From Myxococcales bacterium (lineage in GTDB: Bacteria > Myxococcota_A > Polyangia > Polyangiales > Polyangiaceae), in contig JAYTOU010000028.1 of NCBI GenBank assembly GCA_043747615.1, forward strand, positions 1 through 41,871: a DNA stretch of 41,871 nucleotides. Reading direction: 5' to 3'. The translations under genes and the position numbers were made by a program. Below are positions 35,619 through 41,871 of this stretch, in pieces; within the stretch, counting starts at the first letter, position 1; each line of letters opens with the position of its first letter. A model generated the notes under the pieces. It was not told where the DNA came from and did no database searches. It saw nothing but the letters and a program-made list of their open reading frames with translations.

Positions 35619-37465
35619 CCACGCGACTCGGCGAGAGGTAAGAGATCGCCGCACGCAGCGGGCCCGAGGTCGTGAGCCTCCAGAGGATCCGTCGCTACGT
35701 CGAAGCAGCTCCACGCGCGCGCCCCCTCGGTGGCTATCAGCTTCTTCGTCCCGCGCATCGCGCCCCAGTTCCTGAACGCGCACGTCGTTAGCTCGCTGCA
35801 GTTCGTGAGGAAGACGCTTCGCTCGGGCGACGATCCGCCGCGAAGCAGGCTCGTCCCTGGAATCTTCGCGCGGAACGCTTGCAGTCCCCGTTCGTCCAAA
35901 ACGCCCATCAGATCGAGAAGCGTCGGAAGCACATCGAGCGTGGTGAGAGGCGTATTTTCAAGGGCTCGGAGGGTCGTCTCCTCTTCGCCAGTGAGAGTCC
36001 CAGGGGGGGCGTCGATCCACGCGGGAACGTGAATCTCCTCTTCGTAAAGGGTGGCGGTGTGACCGAACACGCCTTTTTCGCGGAGCTGTTCGCCATGATC
36101 CGAAAGGAACATCACGACCGTGCGCTCTCCGAAAGGCCGGTTGCGGAGCGCGTTCATGAAGCGAGCGATGGCCCGGTCCTGGAGATAGATCGCGTCCTGG
36201 TAGCGGTTCTTCAGTCGCTCTTCGGAGCCGGGGCCGCTCGTAGCTTTGTCCTCAGGTAAAAAGGGAGCGAACGCCAAGTCGACCTTGTAGGGGAAATGGG
36301 TGTTCGACAGGTGGAGAACACCGACGAACGGCTCGCGGAGAGTCGCCAGGTCGGCCGTGACGAAGTCGACCAGCGCGCCGTCATCGGCGCCAACCTCGAG
36401 CTCCGCGTCGGGGTCGAGGAGGGTGGCGTTCACCGAGTGAGCGAGCGGCACTCCGCTCAGCCATGCGCCGGCGTTTCCGAAGAGAAGGTTCTGCGACGTC
36501 CAATACGCCGTGTCGAGCTTGGCGGCGTGCGCATACTCCCAAAGCAGCGGCGCCGAGTGTAACGCCGCGCGAGACTCATCGGGCGCGAGGCCGGCCCACA
36601 TGACGGCCAGTGAAATGGCCGTCGTCGAGTCGACGGTTCGCATCTGCCGAAGCGGCAATCTGTGAGGGACGGCGGCGTTCGAGAACGGCGTGTACACGCA
36701 ACCCTGCTCGTAACCGATGCAGGCGCTCGTTGCCCTCACCGACTCGGTGAGGATGAAGATCACATTGCGCGGGGTCGGTGGTCTTGCGGAGAGCGACGGC
36801 ACTTCGAGAGGAGATCGCGGGCCCGGGTGAACGCTCGACACGCTGTCTTCCCGTGCCCAGCGTGCACGCGCAAACTGCCCTAGCGCGGACAGGTAGAGAG
36901 CGTCGGGCGTGGCTCCTTGTTCGCCTCGGGCTGGGGAAGCGAACAGAGCGACGACGACCGCCATAAGCGCGCCGTCTAGAGCCATGCGCGCGCCGCGCGA
37001 CCCGCTCGGCCGAAGCGCTCGCCCAAGAATCACCAGCAGCATGGCCACAAGAAGCGGGGGAACCACCGCGAGCGCAACGGTGATCCGATCGCTCCAGAGC
37101 TGTTGCCTCAGGCTGGGAATCATCGAGGTCCCGACGAGCATCGATCGATGACTGAGGTAAGCGTGGTAGCGCTCGTACGTGTAGAATTGGGAACCCAGGG
37201 CGAACACGGCGCCTCCCACGAGCAATACGCGTGCAGCCCACGGCGCCACGCCGCGTCGCCCGGTGGACAGGACGAGGATCGTCCCCCAAACCGCGCCGCC
37301 GAGGGCCGCGCTGAGCAGATACATTGCCTTCTCGCGGAGCGTCAGGCGCGAGAGCATCTCCGGCCGTCGCGTGAGATCGCTGCATAGAACGGCGATGAAC
37401 GGGATGGCCACCAGGAGGAACGCCGCCGATCGACGAGCTGGGCGACCGGGCGATTGTGAGCGCAT
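35600..37465 (-). CDS. Membrane-anchored sulfatase-like transferase (EptA/LtaS, alkaline phosphatase superfamily)
   Basis: About 5 N-terminal TM; ILTESVRA, DSTTAISL, HLSNTHFPY, FLSDHGE, FGH, DVLPTLLDL. Confidence 0.85.
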   Translation of the reverse strand: MRSQSPGRPARRSAAFLLVAIPFIAVLCSDLTRRPEMLSRLTLREKAMYLLSAALGGAVWGTILVLSTGRRGVAPWAARVLLVGGAVFALGSQFYTYERYHAYLSHRSMLVGTSMIPSLRQQLWSDRITVALAVVPPLLVAMLLVILGRALRPSGSRGARMALDGALMAVVVALFASPARGEQGATPDALYLSALGQFARARWAREDSVSSVHPGPRSPLEVPSLSARPPTPRNVIFILTESVRATSACIGYEQGCVYTPFSNAAVPHRLPLRQMRTVDSTTAISLAVMWAGLAPDESRAALHSAPLLWEYAHAAKLDTAYWTSQNLLFGNAGAWLSGVPLAHSVNATLLDPDAELEVGADDGALVDFVTADLATLREPFVGVLHLSNTHFPYKVDLAFAPFLPEDKATSGPGSEERLKNRYQDAIYLQDRAIARFMNALRNRPFGERTVVMFLSDHGEQLREKGVFGHTATLYEEEIHVPAWIDAPPGTLTGEEETTLRALENTPLTTLDVLPTLLDLMGVLDERGLQAFRAKIPGTSLLRGGSSPERSVFLTNCSELTTCAFRNWGAMRGTKKLIATEGARAWSCFDVATDPLEAHDLGPAACGDLLPLAESRGHGRPF

Positions 37466-37515
37466 TCGAAAGAGCCAAATAGACCAGCCAGCACCTCGTC
37501 TGGCAAGGTAACGAG

Positions 37516-38214
37516 ATGCGGTCGGCTCTCTGGGTGCTGCTCGTGGTCGTCATCTGCGGCGCTGCGAACTACTTCGCCTTCGATCTCGATCGCGCGGGCT
37601 CGGTGACGTTTTGGATCATCATCGGACTTCCTTCCGTGCTCCTCGCCGCGGTCGGCGCGCTGTGGATGCATCGCCGCGGAACGCTCCGTACGAAGCTGCG
37701 GCCGGCGTGGGGAGACTTCGCGAGCGGACTTTCGTCGATGCTCGTCCTTTTTGGCTGCGCCGCCGCCGCAAGCTTTCTCCTCGTGCCATCGGGCGCCAGC
37801 AACTTCAGCTGGACACCAGGCAACTACGTCGCGCGCTTCTACGCGCAGCTCGGAGCTCCCTCCACTCTTGCCGCTCATCCGTGGTCGCTCGCCGGCGCGC
37901 TCATCGGGATAGCCGTGGCCGACGAAATGATCTGGCGCGGCTTCGTGACCGGGCTCCTGAACGAACGATTCGGCGCCCGCGGTTGGCTCTACGCCAGTGC
38001 GCTTTACGTCGCCGCGACGTTGCCATCGATGTGGTCTCTCCGTGATCCCTTTACGGGGCCGAGTCCCGTCCTTCTCCTTGCGGCTGTCGGCGGAGGCCTG
38101 GTCTGGGGGGCGCTCATGCGACGTCACCGGCGACTCGTACCGGGCATGATCTCGCACGCGCTCTTCTTGTGGTGCGTGGTCGTCGTCTTTCGACTGTGGG
38201 GGCCGAGCGTCTGA
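37516..38214 (+). CDS. CPBP/Abi (CAAX protease-like) membrane protein
   Basis: DEMIWRG, WGAL and SHALF motifs within about 7 TM. Confidence 0.82.
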   Translation: MRSALWVLLVVVICGAANYFAFDLDRAGSVTFWIIIGLPSVLLAAVGALWMHRRGTLRTKLRPAWGDFASGLSSMLVLFGCAAAASFLLVPSGASNFSWTPGNYVARFYAQLGAPSTLAAHPWSLAGALIGIAVADEMIWRGFVTGLLNERFGARGWLYASALYVAATLPSMWSLRDPFTGPSPVLLLAAVGGGLVWGALMRRHRRLVPGMISHALFLWCVVVVFRLWGPSV

Positions 38215-38271
38215 CCAACGCCCGATCGTATTCTCGGATTTTCGCGCAAAACCCTGCATAGTTCGCATCAC

Positions 38272-39747
38272 ATGCCTGCTCCGTATGAGGGCCCTTCGCG
38301 GGAAGGCGAGCACCTCGCTGAAAAATATTTGCTCGGGAAGCGTCTCGGCTCCGGCGGCATGGGCGAGGTGTACCGCGCGCAGAACACGCTGATCGGTCGG
38401 TCGGTGGCCATCAAGGTTCTTCGCCGTGAGCACGCCGAGAACACGGAGGTCGTCGCTCGGTTCTTGCGCGAGGCGCGCGCGGCGAACATCGTGCGTCACC
38501 CAAACGTGGTCGACGTTCTCGACATCGGTCAGGACGCGATGGGCACGCCGTTCATCGTCCAGGAGCTCCTCGAGGGCGAAGACCTATCGGAGCACGTGGC
38601 GGGCTCGGGGGGCCGTTTGCCGGTCGACGAGGTGATCCGACTCTTGACACCGGTGGTCGAAGCCGTGGCGCTCGGACACGCCAAGGGAGTGATCCACCGC
38701 GATCTGAAGCCCGACAATGTCTTTCTCGCCAGGCAAGCGGGGAAGATCGTGCCCAAGCTTCTGGATTTTGGAATTTCTCAGATCGCGCTCGCGGCGGGGG
38801 AGCTTCGCCTCACCGCGGCGACCTTCTCGATGGGAACGCCGGCGTACATGTCTCCTGAGCACATTCGAGGCACGCACCTCGATGCGGGGACAGACGTGTG
38901 GGCGATCGGGGTCATGCTGCACGAGCTCGTCGCGGGACGACTACCGTTCCGGGGAGAAACGCAGGCATCGCTCTTCGTCTTCGTCTGCACGGAGGACGCG
39001 ATCCCACTGCGCGAGGCCGCGCCCCATGCGCCCGCAGAGTTTGCCAGCGTCGTTGCCCGCTGTCTTCGTCGCGACCGCGCAGAGCGTTATGCGAATGCGG
39101 GAGAGCTCGCCAGCGATCTCCTCGCGCTGGGCGATCTCCACGCCGCCGTGCGCGTCCCGAGTATCGTGCCCCTCAGCCTCACACGCAGCGCTCAAAACCC
39201 TCTCAGCACGGCGGCCACCCTGGTCGTCGCCGAGAGACCGGCTCGTCCCGAAGTAGCGCCCCCGCCGCCCGTCGTTGCCGTGGCCGAGGCGCCTCCGTCC
39301 GCGCGCGACTCCGTGCTCGATCCGCACTTGAAATCGGGTCTCTCGCTGCATCCTTCGGCCCATCCGGTCCCTGTCGTCAGCCCGTCACGGCCGCGTCCGC
39401 TCATCGGCGTTCGGAAAACCGAGGAGGTGCCCCCTCCGGTCGATCCGCGGATCTCGGCGGGCGCGATTCTCTTCGTCGCGCTGACGCTCGGCGCCGTCGC
39501 TGCCGGATGGGTGTACGACGCGCTGAGTCTTGGAGATCTACTCGTGTCGCTCCGCACGATGGCGAGCGCTGCTCCTTTGGCGATCGGGGGCGTTCTGCTT
39601 GCGGGTGCGGGCTACGGAATCACACGTGCCGCGCCCTCGATCACGGACGACATGCGCATCAAGCAGTACAGCCGACTGCCTGGCGAGCTCGCTCTTGCAA
39701 TGGCGCTCGGCGCGGCGATCTACCTGGCGGTCCGCTGCATCGTTTGA
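38272..39747 (+). CDS. Hanks-type Ser/Thr protein kinase with C-terminal TM segments
   Basis: GSGGMGEVY, VAIK, HRDLKPDN, DFG, GTPAYMSPE, DVWAIG; Pro-rich linker; 3 hydrophobic segments. Confidence 0.96.
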   Translation: MPAPYEGPSREGEHLAEKYLLGKRLGSGGMGEVYRAQNTLIGRSVAIKVLRREHAENTEVVARFLREARAANIVRHPNVVDVLDIGQDAMGTPFIVQELLEGEDLSEHVAGSGGRLPVDEVIRLLTPVVEAVALGHAKGVIHRDLKPDNVFLARQAGKIVPKLLDFGISQIALAAGELRLTAATFSMGTPAYMSPEHIRGTHLDAGTDVWAIGVMLHELVAGRLPFRGETQASLFVFVCTEDAIPLREAAPHAPAEFASVVARCLRRDRAERYANAGELASDLLALGDLHAAVRVPSIVPLSLTRSAQNPLSTAATLVVAERPARPEVAPPPPVVAVAEAPPSARDSVLDPHLKSGLSLHPSAHPVPVVSPSRPRPLIGVRKTEEVPPPVDPRISAGAILFVALTLGAVAAGWVYDALSLGDLLVSLRTMASAAPLAIGGVLLAGAGYGITRAAPSITDDMRIKQYSRLPGELALAMALGAAIYLAVRCIV

Positions 39748-39777
39748 CGCGGCGGTCGAGCAAGCCCGAGGTGACGA

Positions 39778-41091
39778 CTATTTCGGAACGGGCGGGTTGA
39801 CCGGGCCGTCGTCTTTTTGGATGCACGACGACAGGTCGAAGAGAAAGAACACGAACGCCTTCTCCTGCGCCGACAGACCGCTCGCGCACCCCGCCGCCGT
39901 CTTGCTCGTGTCAAAGTCGCGACCGGGAAAATCTGGGGTAACCACGCTGCCCGCGCCGATGTGCGCGTCTAGAAATACTGCTTTTCCGCACTGCTGATCG
40001 GGCGGACTGCCCACCGGGGCGTTGAAGGTGAGCACCTTGTCGGCGTTGCTCGAGGAGACCCAACTCTGCGCAAGCGAAGGGTTGACCTTGCTGACGTTGA
40101 AGAAGAAAGGCTCGAGAGGAACCTGCCCGTAGGTGCTCGATGCGCTCGTGGCCTGGAGCCAATCGGCGAGAGCCTTGCCCTTCGGAAACGAGGTGTCCAC
40201 CGTGAAAGGCGCGACTCCCGCGGGGCCGCTTTCGGTGCCGACCCAGCCCGCGGTGGAAGGGAACGGGGCCGGTCCGGAGCGGAACCAGGTGTACTGGTAG
40301 TCGGTCCCGAAGACGCGGCCACCGCTGTTCACGTAGTCGAACATGGCCTGCCGTGCGGACACAGGCTTGTTCGCGAGGTTCTCGTTGCACTCGCAGGCGA
40401 GGATCACGAGGTCGTAGGCTTTGAGGGCAGTCGCGCTGCTCCAGAAGGGTTGCGCGTCGGTGACGCCGGCGGGGCCGCTTCCCCCGGCGCCCTGGAAGAA
40501 CGTCACCTTCGTCGAACCGTCGACGCCGAACTCCGAGGGGGCGATGCCGATCTTTGGCAGGATGCACGCGATGGGATCGCACCCGCCGGTGGTGACGGCG
40601 ATCTTTGGCATCTCACCCTCGGCATGCGAGCGGGGGAGCCGGGTCTGGTTGGGATCGGTGAGCGCGGTGTCCTTGCACTCGGTGACCTTCGGAACGACGA
40701 CCTGTCTGCGCCACTTTCCGACCTGAAAAACGAGCGGCACGTTCACTCCGACCGGGACGTGCTCGAGCTTGAAATGACCCGTCGCGTCGCTCAGCGTGGT
40801 CACGATCGGCATGCCCGACGCAACGCTTCCGCACTTGTCGCAGCTCGCGCCCGACGGGATCGGATCGGGCGTAACCCTCGGGACGTAGACGATGACGTTG
40901 TAGAGCGGCAGCTCACCGTTCGGCGCGAACGCCGTTCCGCTGATCGACGTCACGCACGAGTTCGGCCCCACTCCAGGACCGAGCGCGTCGGCTCCGGCAT
41001 CCATGTCTGCGTGGAAGCCTGCGCGTGTGCTAGTTCCGCAGCTGAGCGCTCCCACGAGCGCTCCTATGATCAAGCGTGAGAGCCGGTGCAA
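39778..41091 (-). CDS. Lipoprotein with carboxypeptidase-regulatory-like (prealbumin-fold) domain and conserved C-terminal domain
   Basis: Lipobox ALSC; ISGT.FAPNG..PLYNV.VYVP...G.F.L..VP.G; C-terminal part aligns with the neighbouring paralog. Confidence 0.8.
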   Translation of the reverse strand: MHRLSRLIIGALVGALSCGTSTRAGFHADMDAGADALGPGVGPNSCVTSISGTAFAPNGELPLYNVIVYVPRVTPDPIPSGASCDKCGSVASGMPIVTTLSDATGHFKLEHVPVGVNVPLVFQVGKWRRQVVVPKVTECKDTALTDPNQTRLPRSHAEGEMPKIAVTTGGCDPIACILPKIGIAPSEFGVDGSTKVTFFQGAGGSGPAGVTDAQPFWSSATALKAYDLVILACECNENLANKPVSARQAMFDYVNSGGRVFGTDYQYTWFRSGPAPFPSTAGWVGTESGPAGVAPFTVDTSFPKGKALADWLQATSASSTYGQVPLEPFFFNVSKVNPSLAQSWVSSSNADKVLTFNAPVGSPPDQQCGKAVFLDAHIGAGSVVTPDFPGRDFDTSKTAAGCASGLSAQEKAFVFFLFDLSSCIQKDDGPVNPPVPK

Positions 41092-41098
41092 GACGGCG

Positions 41099-41851
41099 CT
41101 ACTTGACGGGCGGCGGGGTCACCATGCCGTTGTCCGGCTGGATGCACGACGAGAGATCCATCAAGAAGAAGACAAAGGCCTTCTCGGCAGGATTGAGCTC
41201 GCCCGTGCAGCCCGCGGGGAACGACATATCGACGGCGTCGGACCCGCCGATGTGCGCATCCAGAAAGACGGCTTTTCCGCACTGATCTGCGGGGGCCGCT
41301 CCGATGGGCGCGTTGAAGGTGAAGACCTTGTCGGTCGAGCCGGAGACCCAACGCTGCGAGATCATCGGATTGACGCGCGACAGATTCGAGAAAGCCGTGG
41401 GGATGGGAAGCTGACCGACGGTGGTCGTGGCGTTCACGCTCTGCAGCCACTCGCCGAACGCCTTGCCCTTGGGGAACGTCATGTCGACGCCGTAGGTGCC
41501 GGTGCTGTCGAAGGGGGCGCCGCCGTACCAGGTTTGCGCGGTGCTCGGCAGCGGCGGGGGGCCGTCCCTGAACCAGGTGTACATATAATCCGTACCGAGA
41601 GCGCGACCACCGGACTTGAGGTATTCGTCCATGGCCAGGCGAGCCGCGGGAGGCTTGTTTTGCTGGTTCTCGCTGCACTCGCAGGACAGCATCGTCATGT
41701 CGAACTTCTTGAGCTTCGCCGCGTCGCTCCAGAAGTCTTGCGCAGGGGTCATCGATCCCCAGCTGGGGCCGACGCCGGCGTAGAAAATGACCTGCTTTTT
41801 GCCGATGTCGGCGTCGAAGCCGAACTCCGACGAGTCGATGCCCATCTTTGG
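41099..41851 (-). CDS. 5'-truncated paralog of the 39778..41091 lipoprotein
   Basis: Shares PK(I/M)GI..SEFG, CEC.E, GGR..GTDY.YTWFR, FPKGKA, DKV.TFNAP.G, QCGKAVFLDAHIG, EKAFVFFL.DLSSCIQ.D, PPVK. Confidence 0.85.
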   Translation of the reverse strand, partial: PKMGIDSSEFGFDADIGKKQVIFYAGVGPSWGSMTPAQDFWSDAAKLKKFDMTMLSCECSENQQNKPPAARLAMDEYLKSGGRALGTDYMYTWFRDGPPPLPSTAQTWYGGAPFDSTGTYGVDMTFPKGKAFGEWLQSVNATTTVGQLPIPTAFSNLSRVNPMISQRWVSGSTDKVFTFNAPIGAAPADQCGKAVFLDAHIGGSDAVDMSFPAGCTGELNPAEKAFVFFLMDLSSCIQPDNGMVTPPPVK

Positions 41852-41871
41852 ACGCTTACGAGCGACACTAC

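Overview
A GC-rich, densely coding window of ~40 genes. Gene content points to a myxobacterium of Polyangiaceae type (inference): many lipoproteins, Cys-rich repeat proteins, a Ser/Thr kinase and a sigma54-driven pilin. The left edge cuts the first codons of a probable IS630-type transposase. The right edge cuts one of two tandem paralogous lipoprotein genes. Recognisable genes: GH25 lysozyme, M49-type peptidase, Spy/CpxP-like protein, LpqC-like esterase, sthA, MATE transporter, SDR, SGNH hydrolase, ABC1 kinase, ABC-2 exporter, cyclophilin, a serine-hydrolase/NamZ fusion, pilA, an EptA-like transferase, a CPBP protein and a Ser/Thr kinase. The best candidate for an undescribed system is a stand-alone pilA with its own sigma54 promoter, palindromic upstream sites and terminator. 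It is followed by two different GT-C-like membrane proteins, a small membrane/TPR-like protein and a convergent phosphoform-transferase-like gene, i.e. a putative pilin modification island. Other leads: a clan CD-like His/Cys lipoprotein, two multi-branch RNA-like structures flanking an uncharacterised lipoprotein gene, an unannotated 48-aa zinc-ribbon gene and several gene remnants (pntB-like, TolB-like). I saw no rRNA, tRNA or CRISPR array. All family calls come from reading motifs by eye; no database search was run.
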